Positions 13,284-28,011 of a stretch of DNA of 64,000 nucleotides are shown one piece after another; the first letter of the stretch is position 1, and each line of letters begins with the position of its first letter. Position numbers and translations under genes: made by a program. Origin of the DNA: Eledone cirrhosa (taxonomy: Eukaryota). The stretch is taken from the NCBI GenBank assembly GCA_964016885.1, contig OZ024744.1, positions 108,128,001 to 108,192,000 on the forward strand. The letters run 5' to 3'. The notes under the pieces are model-generated. The model made no database searches and had not been told where the DNA came from. It saw nothing but the letters and a program-made list of their open reading frames with translations.

Positions 13284-13606
13284 GGCTTCTACAGGACTAG
13301 AACTGTTTCATTCGAAGGAAATTATCAGGAAAGCCGACTGTCAATGTGATGTAGTGGTATTTATACATTTTCTGGTGGTAGGGAAAGGTGGTAATCGGGA
13401 TGGGTGGAGGTCATTGACTGATAGTTTTAAAGAATTGGGATTCTTTGAGAAAACTATATTTAAATTGATACAGACTGACACTAATGCAGGCACTCTTAAT
13501 ATTTAAGGTTCATTTATTCTAAGCAAACAAAGGGTTTTCATTAAGTGGCTGTATTAACATGCTCTGTTAAAGGATGGTGAAGTCTGCAAATAGTAAGATG
13601 TTTACA
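13284..13606 (-). mobile_element. Probable Penelope-like element 3' end with a degenerate hammerhead (13284-13336)
   Basis: GIY-YIG C-terminal-like DFTILNR...RINEP, then GGCTTTC-CTGATAA-...-GAAA-CAG..CTG-TA-GAAGCC. Confidence 0.45.
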
Positions 13607-13607
13607 A

Positions 13608-13670
<63 letters not shown>

Positions 13671-13676
13671 CATATA

Positions 13677-14479
13677 TGATGGGTGCCCCCTCGATATCGA
13701 GTATGACCATTGCACGATATATAACATTATTAATCAATAGAGGGTCGGACGCCATGCTTTCCAGCATAGTTACGTCCCTTTACGATCTGAGTTCAAATCC
13801 CGCCGAGGTCGACTTTGCCTTTCATCCTTACGGGGTCGATAAAATAAAGTACCAGTAATGCACTGGGTAATTGCTGGCCTTGTGCCTAAAGTAGAAACAA
13901 TTATTAATAATTATCAATTAATGCCATCGTGCAATATCTGTGCATGAAGATTCTTTTTTAAAGCGAGGAAAGACTGTGCACTGAGCCAATCCCACTCTCT
14001 GAGCGACAGTAGCCAAAGAAGAAAAGATCAACATTATCGATAACAACCGAACATGTTTAATGTCGGAGTTATCCCAGTTTCCTGAATTGCCTACTCCTAG
14101 AAGTTTGCCCCGACAAAAGCTAGGGGTCCTTCACTCCCAGTGATTTAACCGTGCGATCGGGTATCCAGCCTGATTATTTCTATGTTCCCGCGCATATATA
14201 CACATATGTATACATGTATATACATATATACATACATACACACACATATATATATATACATATGCATATACATATTTACATATTTTTGGATCGTCATTGA
14301 CTCTCATGAATTCTTCTGTCATTTGTCAGGTTTTGTTTTTTTGTCCTCCATGGTGTCCCAAATCACCCTCCTCACCAAATAAACTTGGTGGGGTTGCCGG
14401 TTTAGTCGCCGACGACCCGACCATGCGACAGGTTGTACTGGGTTACATGTTACCAGTAGCACTCAAGAGTGACCTGACA
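13677..14479 (-). mobile_element. Non-autonomous RTE-derived element interrupted by a SINE and a microsatellite
   Basis: 5' end GTCAGGTCAC... matches the 30383 family; middle matches 34571-34700; 3' end matches 6862-7066. Confidence 0.7.
13738..13899 (+). mobile_element. Family A SINE, slightly 5'-truncated
   Basis: Core and tail match family A; TSD ATTATTAAT at 13726-13734 and 13900-13908. Confidence 0.85.
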
Positions 14480-14502
14480 TAATATATATTATATATATAT
14501 AA

Positions 14503-14720
14503 GAGATGTCAACATGAAAGGACCTGTTATTTTTATCTAAAGACATTTTTTCCAACTCCGCCCCGCCCGTCTCCTCAATCTATCTTATTTCTCATTCTTT
14601 CATCTGATGAAGGGCTAGCGCCCGAAACGTTAAGACCCTCTTCCTGCTATTTCAAGCGTTAACCTAATATATTCCTTCCATATACTGTACCGAATGTGTT
14701 GTTATTTCTATTTACCTTTT

Positions 14721-14722
<2 letters not shown>
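14503..14722 (+). mobile_element. pLTR-like repeat with a minimal hammerhead motif at 14604-14635
   Basis: CTGATGA-AGGGC-TAGC-GCCC-GAAACGTTA; stem I weak; second copy at 48926-49131. Confidence 0.6.
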
Positions 14723-15054
<332 letters not shown>

Positions 15055-15335
15055 GTAGAAGAAACAGGGGCTGTGTAGTTGCTGGATAAAGTATATCTAT
15101 AAATAAGAGGAAAGCACGAAGGGGGGATAATTTCCCTTTCATCAGTTGTCTGCTGGAGTTCATGGATATGTCTACGTATTAAAGACAAGATATCTAGCTC
15201 CAGTGCGTCAATAACTAAAGGAAGTTATTGGGAAAAAAAGGGAGAGAGAGAGAAAAAATGTATATAACAGAAGAGAAAGGGAATGTATATATACATATAT
15301 ATACACACACATAGTCTGTACCTACATACGTCTAT

Positions 15336-15374
<39 letters not shown>

Positions 15375-15406
15375 CACATGTACCATGAAAAGTTATTCAT
15401 CTATGT

Positions 15407-15482
15407 ATTTTGTCTGAAGAGGACATGTTATGCTTTATGTTATACATAAAACTTTACATCTTCGAAATATATATAATGAAAT
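15407..15482 (+). ncRNA. Type I hammerhead ribozyme motif
   Basis: ATTTTGT-CTGAAGA-GGACATGT...ACATCTTC-GAAA-TATATA-TA-ATGAAAT; stem I pairs with wobbles, stem II 7 of 8 pairs, palindromic stem III. Confidence 0.6.
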
Positions 15483-15517
15483 AGATATGATATAAAGTAT
15501 ATATATATCTTTCGTTT

Positions 15518-15569
15518 AGTACCAGTAATGTACTGGGTAATAGCTGGCCTTGTGCCTAAAGTAGAAACA

Positions 15570-15616
<47 letters not shown>

Positions 15617-15822
15617 AGGGCGGTGAATTGACATTTATCGGTAGAGGGTCGGACGCCATGCTTTCCAGCATAGGTGCGTCCCTTTACGATCTGAGTTCAA
15701 ATCCCGCCGAGGTTGACTTTACCTTTCATCCTTACGGGGTCGATAAAATAAAGTACCAGTAATGTACTTGGGTAATTGCTGGCCTTGTGCCTAAAGTAGA
15801 AACAATTATTATTATTATTATT
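15518..15822 (+). mobile_element. Family A SINE tail, (ATT)n, then a full SINE at 15618-15822
   Basis: Same motifs as 146-340. Confidence 0.85.
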
Positions 15823-15831
15823 ACATATATG

Positions 15832-15977
<146 letters not shown>

Positions 15978-16846
15978 TTGGTTATTTTTTCTCCCAAAGG
16001 AAATAACATAAGAGGTTGCCTATATTTCTTCAACACTCAAAACTACGGACTGAACAAAGGAAAACAAGTCACTGAAATATTCATGAGTTGTTTTTTAAAT
16101 GATATCAAATCAAAACGATTGACCTTAATTCATATAGAGTCCTATATTTTGTACTGTACTAACATTGTTACATCGCTACATTACATAAATAACTTTGATA
16201 GGCTTCGGCCAGTATCTGCCTAGGCCACGTTTATCTTAATACAACTACCTGGCCAAGTCTTTCAAATCATGATCAGGCATGGTTTTGACACGTATAAAAA
16301 ATTGTTGACTGCAACTTATCTTATTTAGAAGTTGTAATGGGACCTTTTAAATGTTCCGAGAGGTTTTTCCAGGTTGTTGTATTTTGGTATAATATTAAAC
16401 AGAAAGGTCAGTTGAGGTGAAATGTTGAGATGCGGGATCGATGTGTGTAGGTGGTAGACAGTACGAGGACCGGGTCTTGGGTGGATTTTAAAGTTACCAG
16501 CAATGTTCATAGAATATTTCCCTCATAGTACAAGTGATGTAGAGTTTCAGTTTTCTACTAAAGCATAATAGACAAGCCCCGTTATGCTATCATTTTTGTA
16601 ATTGACTTATGGGGTGCTTTAATTTTCATAATACTTTGTGGGGAGACCTCAGTGGGCAATTATATTCAGGTGTGGCCCGACACAGGTAGAGAAGAGAAAG
16701 GTAATGGTATATATAATATTATTTTCATTTCCTCTTTTATTCTTTTACTGCTCGGGCACGACTTGAAAGAGATTACATCGATTATCTGGATCTCAGTATT
16801 TATTTTCTTTTAAACTATGGTACATAAACAAACACAAACAAGCGGA

Positions 16847-16983
<137 letters not shown>

Positions 16984-17193
16984 CAGGGAAAAAAGATGAA
17001 ATCGAAAATGCAACTGGAGTCTTTTTTAATAAAAATATATATTTATTTGTTTCCTTTACTGGTTTCGCAGTTCTTCTGCTTTTCAAAAGTAGAATGGAGA
17101 TGGATGGTTTGTGTTTTTTTTTACAATAGTCAAACTCAAAATAGTCTCTTACAATAGGAGACTATTTTGAGTTTCTAACTCAATATATACCTT

Positions 17194-17281
<88 letters not shown>

Positions 17282-18240
17282 CGGCGATGAATTAGTTTTG
17301 CGAGGTTTTTGATATGAAATCGTGTGTCGAAACAAATATTGTTATACTTGGGGAGGGTCATGTTTGTGTAATAATATTGCCAGAATTAATAACAGAACAC
17401 ACTTACTGTTTGGTTGGTTTTCGCTTTTCGCTTCTGTGTCTTTTATATCGGTAATCTAATTTATTCGGTCCTCAATGTTGCCATTGACTGACCAACGGTC
17501 AAAAATAATACAGATACAATATAGACACAAACACATATATATAGTTTATCAAAGTTCTTTCGTTGCACATCTGCAACATCGTCAGTGGTGCTATTGTTTC
17601 CTCCCGTTGCATTGTATTTTCTACGCCATCTTTATTTAGTCTGTTTATATATTTATTTATTTGTTTATTTTATTTTGTCTTCTTTGCGCATGCGTTTGCG
17701 TGTGTGTATAGTGTTTTGTTTGATGTGTGTTCGTGATTGGGTGACTGTGTATTGGTTAATGTATTCTATCATTACTAGTGTGTGTTTATATGTGTTTGTT
17801 GTTATTGTGCTTGTGTATGTATTTATTTATTTATTTATTTATCTATTTATTTATTTATACTTCTCTTAGGTCAGTGTTGTTTGTTTGGGTGTTGTTGTTA
17901 TTCCATTCATTTGAAACAGCTTACCATGTCGTTTGGAGGTCAAGCTTTTGGTGGCTGCTTAATAGACCGAATGAAACCGCATTGAAAAGAGTATCAAATT
18001 ACTGTTACAACACCCCCCTCACACACACGCACATACATATATATCTCTCTCTCTCTCTTTATATATATATATACACACACACATATATATATATATGCAT
18101 ATATATATATGTTTTCTTTTCCAAAATATAATTGTATTATGCGCTGACTAATGGATTTTTATTAATTCCTTCATTGAGAAAAACTGTTAATGGTTGGACT
18201 CCCTCATATGTATGTCTATACTTGTGTATATATATATATT

Positions 18241-19030
18241 TTCGGTGTAGCTTCGTTGGATTGCTTCAAGCTCAGTGGTTAGTTTGACACTATTGGTTGA
18301 CCACAGTTGGGAACAATAGTCTAGTCTCTTGTCCTGAAAGTCCCCAAGATCCAACCAGCGAGTCGTCTGTACATTGTCATGATGTGGGAAGAAGAAAAAG
18401 ATGCATTGTCACTCATGTCTATCCCCAGGTCTCGTATCGATTTCCACACAGGAATTTCAATCCCTCCCGGTCCGGTGTAGCTGTGTTGTACAGTCCTTGT
18501 GTTAGTAGGTTGATATTGTAGGGCTTGACATTTTCCAGCATTAAATTGCATGTTGTTGTCTTCAGCCCATTTGTATTTGGCATCCAGATCTTGTTGTAAA
18601 AGGGCAGCATCAGCCAGGTTTTTGATTGCCTGTGCTATCTTTGTGTCATCAGCATAGCTAGTGAGGGATGTTGTATGTACTACAGAGGACATGTTTGAGA
18701 GAGCCATTAAAAACAGTAGTGGTCCCAAGACTGTGCCTTAGGGCACCCCACTTGTTATTAATGTTTCCTTTGAGAGGTCCCCATTGGCTGCAACTGTCTG
18801 ACATCTGTCTTTTAAGAAATCATGCAACCACTCACCTACTTTTCCAGTTATGCCGAGTCTGTGTAGTTTGTGACATATCATTCCGTGGTCGACCTTGTCA
18901 AAGGCCTTCGCAAAGTCAAGATATTTCACGTGCACATGTGAGCTGTCTAGCAGTTGTTTCAGTACCTAGTCGTAGTGTTGTAGCAGCTGTGTAAGGCAGC
19001 TTCTTCCTGGGCGAAAGCCATGCTGCGTAC
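18241..19030 (-). mobile_element. CR1-group LINE RT fragment, decayed
   Basis: QHGFRPGRSCLTQLL, YLDFAKAFDKVDH, SGVP*GTVLGPLLFL, YADDTKI, LQQDLD, NNMQFNAGKC, RDLGI. Confidence 0.85.
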
Positions 19031-19242
19031 TAGTCATTTAACCAATATTTTCAACAATCATATTATGTTCATATATTTTTTTCACGTATATATTTTTTTT
19101 ACTTATTTTTTATCATCTTCATTCTAACTTCTTTATTATTATTATTTTTTCTTCTTCTTTTTCTTTCTCTTTCTTTATTATTAATGTTGTTATTTGAATT
19201 CTCCGTAGTATAAATACAAACATCGAGTGTAATTTTGTCAGT

Positions 19243-19348
19243 TATTCCGATGATTTGATTAGGCATACACTGTATTTAAGGTTGAGTGACACAACTTCGA
19301 GTGGTTAGCAACCTTTAGACATCCTAATCAATGAAACAATTGTTAATA
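19243..19348 (+). ncRNA. Degenerate type I hammerhead with a long loop II
   Basis: TATT-CCGATGA(U4C)-T-TTGATTAGG...CCTAATCAA-T-GAAA-CAATTG-TT-AATA; 9-bp stem II, palindromic stem III. Confidence 0.55.
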
Positions 19349-19812
19349 CTGTAAATAAAACCCTTTTTGTACTGTTGACCATGTTATTCTTCACTCTTTC
19401 ACTATCGTATAATATATATTGTATAATATATATATACCGTATAATATATATATCATATAATATATATGTCGTATAATATATATATCGTATAATATATATA
19501 TATCGTATATCGTATATTTAATAATAATACCAATAAATAAATAAATAAAAAACAAACAAAAAAAAAACAAAAAAACAATACGTCAGAGACTTAACACCAC
19601 GTGTCTCTGCATAAATATCAGAAAAGCCGAAATAATTCGTTCTAAGTCAATAAATAATACAAATAACCACATAGAAACATTTACACTTATCTTTTACTGA
19701 TTGGCCGAGAATGTGCAGATTAAAAATGTAATGGATGTTTAAGGTTCTTTTCAGATGTTTTTTTTAATTTTCAAAGCTAAGAAAACACGTCCAATGTCCA
19801 GTCCATATATCT

Positions 19813-20645
<833 letters not shown>

Positions 20646-20724
20646 TTGAAAAATGTGTCTATCACTGTTACTTCTACTATTTTCGAAAGCAAAGTTTTTG
20701 CATAGGAGCCGAAAATACTACAGT

Positions 20725-20841
20725 GAAGAAGAAGAAGAAGAAGAAGAAGAAGAAGAAGAAGAAGAAGAAGAAGAAGAAGAAGAAGAAGAAGAAGAAGAAG
20801 AAGAAGAAGAAGAAGAAGAAGAAGAAGAAGAAGAAGAAGAA
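20725..20841. repeat. (GAA)n microsatellite
   Basis: Directly visible. Confidence 0.95.
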
Positions 20842-21260
20842 GGGAAACAAGTTTTCTTTTAGATTTAATTTTCTCTTTTATGGTTTTAAATAATGTTTTT
20901 AAATAATGTTTTTCTTATTGTTGTGTTAGTGCTTTACAAAATAACTAGATCAATCATTAACATTTTTAGACTTTCACAATCACATCATCGCGATGAAGTG
21001 ATGTTGGCTAATGTTGCCCACTTCATCATTAGAACTAGTGTGAGTAGCGTGGCAATTATTAATGGATACTTTTTGTTTGTTTGCTTTTACTTGGACTACC
21101 TTTTTATTCTGTATCTATCCGTTGTGATCTTGACTCTATTGTTGGCTCCTGAAGAAGGGCCAAAGCCCGACACGTTGAACTTTCTTTCCCTTCTCTATAT
21201 AAAGCATGAAACTAATAAGAATTATTGTACCCCTGTTTGCCGTTTCCTTGAACTATATAT

Positions 21261-21610
21261 AATTAAAATTTAGCTTCGTCATAGCTGTATACATACACAT
21301 ATATGTGAATTCCGTATATCTAAACATATACGGTATAAGGTATGTTTAATAAATAAACATTTTCAAAGCCAAGCTTTGTGATGTGCCGTCTAACGTATTC
21401 CAGCAGAAGCAGGGGGGGGGGGATAACTGTCTGTGTATTTCGAGCTCTGGCGCTCATCAGGACAGTGCTTGCCCACGCTCTCTGCTGAAACTTGAAACAG
21501 GCGAAAATATACAGTTTTTTTTTCGCCTATTATTTATTAAACATATCGTATATCTTTAGAAATTCACATACATGTAAGTATACAGCTACGCTGAAGCTAA
21601 ATTTTTAATT
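21261..21610. mobile_element. Fold-back element with imperfect inverted arms, enclosing a degenerate hammerhead on the minus strand (21426-21466)
   Basis: Arms about 21261-21356 and 21531-21610; minus strand reads ACTGTC-CTGATGA-GCGCCAGAGCTC-GAAA-TACACA-GACAGT; relatives at about 50225-50330 and 52193-52691. Confidence 0.6.
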
Positions 21611-22267
21611 CTACTTTTAAGTTGAATCAACTTACACTACTTCGTATGCAAATGAGGCTAATCAGCCCACCTTCAAAGACGAAAAAAACTATATTTTTGC
21701 CTATTTCAAAATGTTTATTTATATCTTTCCTAATATACGAAATCCTAATTTTCCTAGATATTATTATACCTTATAATAATTATCTCCCCTTCACTATTTA
21801 ATCTATTTTGTTAAACCAGAAAAAAAAAAAAAAAAAAAATCAAACAAACAAAAAAGACATGGCACCTGACGTCTTGCTTCGATTCTTTAAAAACAGTAAA
21901 ATTTAGGACATTAGTAATATTTAGGATATTAGTAAAATTTAGTAAAAAGGTAATATTTAGGACACTTTTCTGGTTTAACACATTTTTGTGAATTTGTTGA
22001 TGTATACAGCTTGAAGTGAATTATTTTTGAGTGACTTTTAATTGAAATATGTTTTTTTTTATTCTGAAGACGGTGCACAAGTTTGTGAGCTGCAAATTTT
22101 ATTAACGGAAAAATTTGCCGTTTATTTTGAATGCCGACTCAATATATTTTTGTGCTAAAAACATTTGTAAACGAATAAATGAATGTTGGTTGATTTTTCC
22201 CCAATTAATTTTGAATATACTTCATTTTTGAATTTGTTTTCTTATCTGAAAACTTGTGTTGAAACAG

Positions 22268-22421
22268 ATATTGTTATACTTTGGGAGGGTCATGTTGCCA
22301 ATAGAAACACACACACACCTGTTCGAACCATTCAACCAACCAACCGGAAATTTATAATGAATTGAAGTGAAAACAAACAGGTGTATCTGATTTTATTGGC
22401 AGCATGACCCTCCCAAAGTAT

Positions 22422-22429
<8 letters not shown>
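22268..22429. repeat. Inverted repeat (about 55-bp arms) next to (TA)n
   Basis: ATATTGTTATACTTTGGGAGGGTCATG versus CATGACCCTCCCAAAGTATAACAATAT; related copy near 17336. Confidence 0.75.
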
Positions 22430-22461
<32 letters not shown>

Positions 22462-22613
22462 GAAAATAAAACAAAGAAGCCTTCAATACATCAAAAGTCT
22501 TTATTATTTTCATAATTCTTTGGCTCTGTTTAATTACATTGAGCTATACCTTTTACTGTCATTTCTATAATACGAAGAGGGTGTTTAACTCCAACACGCT
22601 CCAGTATTTTAAT

Positions 22614-22653
<40 letters not shown>

Positions 22654-22990
22654 CTGCACATATACATATCTATAAATACATATATACGCATGTACATTCA
22701 CATACACATACTCATACACATACACATTTTATTGGAGACGGTAAGAAATTCTTGATATTTTCTGTAATCCGTATTTTTACTTTACAATTTTACAGAATGT
22801 GGTTCTGTCGTGATTTTCGTGACAGTTTTCATTAAAAAAATTAAAATTGATTAATAGATTTATTGGACTTTATTTTCAGTTTTGTTAAATATTTTCAAAA
22901 TAACAGTAACCTTCTAAAATAACAGTATACTATACATTCACCAAAATAATTATTTAAAAATTCAATTATAGCATTTTGTATTTACATTTG

Positions 22991-25900
22991 CTCAGTTGTA
23001 CTTCTGCCAGAATTTCCTCCGCCTTTCCCTTAACTCTGTTTAGAAGGACTCTCAACAGTACTTTGCTGTGGTGGCTAATTAAGCAGATTGTTCTGTCGTT
23101 CTGGCAGAGTCTTAGGTTTCTTTTTTTGGGGAATGGGTATCATCTGTGATTGGGTCCACACCTGAGGCCACTTCTTTGTTTCCCATATCTTCTGACAGGA
23201 AACTGTCAGTGCCTTGATAAGTTTTGACCCTCCATGTTTTAAGAGCTCTGATGGAATGTTATCGACTCCAGGGTATTTACCATCTTTAAAGCATGTGCAC
23301 TGTCTCTTCGACTTCCTCCTGAAGAATTGGAGTATCCTCAATTTCATTGTTCTTATTGGTGGAATTCTCCAGAATGTTGAATCCAATCATTTGAGCACAA
23401 GTGCTTCAGAAAGTTTCTACACATCCTCATACACGGAGCACAAAACAACTTTGTTGGGCAACAAGTTAATAAATATACTGGCAGACAGGAACCACTCCTT
23501 GTGATGGTGAAAAGACGGAAGCTTGCCTGGTATGGTCATTTATCCTACAACTCGTCCAAAATCATCGTTCAGGGCTCAGTCAATGGAGAGTGAAGAAGAG
23601 GCAGACAAAGAATTTCATGGTTCTACAACACCAAAGACTGGACTGGTCACAACAGAGACACTTCTACGTAGAATAGAGGCCAATGGCGACAGCTGGCAGT
23701 AAAATCGTCTAGAGTGGCACCCCAACAACTGGCTGCACCAGTGGCATATCTAGAGTGGCACCCCAACAACTGGCTGCACCAGTGACACATCTAGAGTGTC
23801 ACCCCAACGACTGGCTGTACCAGTGGCACATCTAGTGTGGAACCCCAATGACTGGCTGTACCAGTGGCACATCTAGAGTGGCACCCCAACAACTGGCTGT
23901 ACCAGTGGCACATCTAGAGTGGCACCCAACCACTGGCTGTACCAGTGGCACATCTAGAGTGGCACCTCAATGACTGGCTGTACCAATGGCACATCTAGAG
24001 TGGCACCCCAACGACTGGCTGTACCAGTGGCACAACTAGTGTGGAACCTCAACCTGTGTGTACAGTTGCACATCTAGAGTGGCACCCCAACGACTGGCTG
24101 TACCAGTGGCACATCTAGTGTGGTATCCCAATGACTGGCTGTACCAGTGGCACATCTAGAGTGGCACCCCAAAGACTGGCTGCACCAGTGGCACATCTAG
24201 AGTGGCATCCCAACGACTGGCTGTACCAGTGGCACATCTAGAGTGGCACCCCAATGACTGGCTGCACCAGTGACACATCTAGAGTGGCACCTCAATGACT
24301 GGCTGTACTAGTGGCACATCTAGAGTGGCACCCTAACAACTGACTGTACCAGTGGCACAACTAGTGTGGCACCTCAACCTGTGTGTACAGTGGCACATCT
24401 AGAGTGGTACCCCAATGACTGGCTATACCAGTGGCACATCTAGTGTGGCACCCCAATGACTGGCTGTACCAGTGGCACATCTAGTGTGGTACTCCAATGA
24501 CTGGCTGTACCAGTGGCACATCTAGTGTGGAACCCAACAACTGGCTATACCAGTGGCACATCTAGAGTGGCACCTCAACGACTGGCTGTACCAGTGGCAC
24601 ATCTAGAGTGGAACCTCAACGACTGGCTGTACCAGTGGCACATCTAGAGTGGCACCTCAACCACTGGCTGTACCAGTGGCACATCTAGTGTGGTACCCCA
24701 ACAATTGGCTATACCAGTGGCACATCTAGAGTGGCACCCCAACGACTGGCTGTACCAGTGGCACATCTAGAGTGGAACCTCAACGACTGGCTGTACCAGT
24801 GGCACATCTAGTGTGACACCCTAACAACTGACTGTACCAGTGGCACATCTAGAGTGGAACCCCAACGACTGGCTGTACCAGTGGCACAACTAGTGTGGCA
24901 CCTCAACGACTGGCTGTACCAGTGGCACATCTAGAGTGGAACCCCAACGACTGGCTGTACCAGTGGCACAACTAGTGTGGCACCTCAACCTGTGTGTACA
25001 GTGGCACATCTAGAGTGGCACCCCAACGACTGGCTGCACCAGTGGCACATCTAGAGTGGCACCCCTATGACTGGCTGCACCAGTGGCACATCTAGAGTGG
25101 CACCCCAACCATTGGCTGTACCAGTGGCACATCTAGTGTGGAACCCCAACCACTGGCTGTACCAGTGGCACATCTAGAGTGGCACCTCAACCACTGGCTG
25201 TACCAGTGGCACATCGAGAGTGGCACCCCAACGACTGGCTGTACCAGTGGCACATCTAGTGTGGTACCCCAACAACTGGCTGTACCAGTGGCACATCTAG
25301 TGTGGAACCCCAACAACTGGCTGTACCAGTGGCACATCTAGAGTGGCACATTGTGAGTAGCACCCCAACGATTGGCTGCACCAGTGGCACATCTAGTGTG
25401 GTACCCCAACGACTGACTATACCAGTGGCACATCTAGAGTGGCAGCCCAACGACTGGCTGTACCAGTGGCACATCTAGAGTGGCACCTCAACCACTGGCT
25501 GTACCAGTGGCACATCTAGAGTGGAACCCCAACAACTGGCTGTACCAGTGGCACATCTAGAGTGGCACATCGTGAGTGGCACCCCAACGACTGGCTGTAC
25601 CAGTGACACATCTAGTGTGGTACCCCAACAACTGGCTGTACCAGTGGCACATCTAGAGTGGCACATCGTGAGTGGCACCTCAACGATTGGCTGCACCAGT
25701 GGCACATCTAGTGTGGTACCCCAACGACTGACTATACCAGTGGCACATCTAGAGTGGCACCTCAACGACTGGCTGTACCAGTGGCACATCTAGAGTGGAA
25801 CCTCAACGACTGGCTGTACCAGTGGCACATCTAGAGTGGCACCTCAATAACTGGCTGTACCAGTGGCACATCTAGAGTGGCACATCGTGAGTGGCACCCC

Positions 25901-26244
25901 AACGACTGGCTGTACCAGTGACACATCTAGTGTGGTACCCCAACAACTGGCTGTACCAGTGGCACATCTAGAGTGGCACATCGTGAGTGGCACCTCAACG
26001 ATTGGCTGCACCAGTGGCACATCTAGTGTGGTACCCCAACGACTGACTATACCAATGGCACATCTAGAGTGGCAGCCCAACGACTGGCTGTACCAGTGGC
26101 ACATCTAGAGTGGCACCCCAATGACTGGCTGTACCAGTAGCACATCTAGAGTGGCACCCCAACGACTGGCTACACCAGTGGCACATCTAGAGTGGCACCC
26201 TAATGACTGGCTGCACCAGTCCAGGGAACATAATGATGATGATG
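22991..26244 (+). mobile_element. RTE LINE insertion with a 5' inversion and an internal 41-bp satellite
   Basis: Minus-strand RT piece (PGVDNIPSELLK, WPQVWTQS) to about 23378, then plus-strand 3' end (RRKLAWYGH), (GAT)n tail; TSD ATTTACATTTG at 22980-22990 and 26245-26255. Confidence 0.8.
23708..26220. repeat. 41-bp tandem repeat, about 60 copies, derived from the RTE 3' end
   Basis: Unit TCTAGAGTGGCACCCCAACGACTGGCTGTACCAGTGGCACA; period 41 (23708, 23749). Confidence 0.95.
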
Positions 26245-28011
26245 ATTTACATTTGGTATTACTGTATACTGTCTGTAATACATATATACAATGTATGTAC
26301 ACTGTAATTAGTAAAAAAATAAATACGTTTTTTCCACTTATGTATTTTTTAAAATGTTATCTTCAAAGTGAAAATAACAAATAAATAGTCCCAAAAGAAC
26401 AAACTAAAACTGAACATGAACCTTAAACAAGTTGTATATGATTATAATATGACGAGATCAAAAGATGCGAAAATATCAAAAGTAAAATATTCAAAATCAT
26501 CAATAAAAGGAATATACTGAAAAAATTAACTCAATGACAAATACATAAATAATTAAATAAATAAAAAACAAATTCATGATGGATGATTCAGAAGGATAAT
26601 TAAATTGAATTTAATAAATCAGTTTACAGCAATAAACATTAAAATAGAATTCACTTCCATTCCTCTAACATCGAAGGAGAATTATCTCCAGCATATAACT
26701 TTCGTTCAACTTTATAAGGATTCGGAAAGGAAATGTTTCTCTGTTATAGGTTAATTTAGTAAACTGCTGACGATGATGCACGAGCAAATATGGGACCCAG
26801 GTACCACCCTGTCCCCACCTATGAAAACGGAGGAGAATTCATCCCGCCATATATTAATGGAAATATTAAAAGCAGAGACATAAAACATTCTACCCATCCC
26901 CAAACTGCATCAATACAGCTACACAAAATATTCTTAAACAATCATGCAGCCTGGTCGGATAGTAACACTTAGAATCACCTCGGGTCGGCCCATGTCTTGT
27001 GAGAGAAATTCGGTAGTCGGAAACGTCGAATGGACTGTACCTGTAATTCAAACAGTTAATCTTGTCACAATCTGTGACCACGCTGAATCTTTTCGAAAAT
27101 TGTCTTAAGAGTAGACATTAAATACACAATAAATACACACACTACTACGATGGCGCCTCTACGACTCTAGCAATAGTTAAGGGATCATAGCATAGCGTTT
27201 CCAATGTATAGCATAACATGGCATGACTATAATGTGGCATCAACAAACATCCAAAGCACTTCTCTCTGAAGCTGAAATTTCAAATATTTAGGAACTTTAC
27301 TATTAAAAAAAACGAAAATATGAAAGAATAAATTTGACAAAAAATATAAAATTAGAACGCAGACATGTTTTCAATACAACAAATATGTAAAAAAGAAAAA
27401 AAATCTGCTGACACCCAAAACGTATATTAATATTTACAACTTAACTCACACATACACACACGTGTGTGTGTGAGTCTGTGTGCGCGCGTGTGTGTTTGAG
27501 GTGAGTCGGTGCATGTGTGTGTGTGTGTGTATATGTACGTATATGTATGTTTACTCTTTCTCTTAACTTTGAATTTACTTTTGACCGACCACCCTCCCCG
27601 TGGCAGGGTTGTAGAGTAAAGGAAATGGTCGTTGTCTCTAGTGTAAGTCTTCATCCTTTAAATCATAAGATTGTTTTACAGATTTTGAAGGTTCAGTATA
27701 GTGCTACCATTTATAGCTTAAGAATCACGGAGTTACTTCCTTTCTCCACAAATACAAGCTTAGTTATTCTTTGGTTTAACTGGGTTATTAATTAGTAGCT
27801 GCTCTATATATACACCCCTACACCTCCTCCTTTTCCCCAGCTTTCTCAGGTGTCATAATGTTATTGGTGGCACAATGATCTTACAACAACAGATGCACAC
27901 ACTGTATAATGTGTAAATGATGTCTTGGCAGGCCATTGGGTGGTAATTCTTAACATGGATAGTTTAGTGGGATGAGGAGAGTAGTGGTAGTTGATAACCA
28001 ATGGACAAGTT

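Noticed and set aside
16230-16620. Possible Penelope GIY-YIG remnant (TFKRSHYN)
   Set aside because: Similarity too weak to support without a profile search
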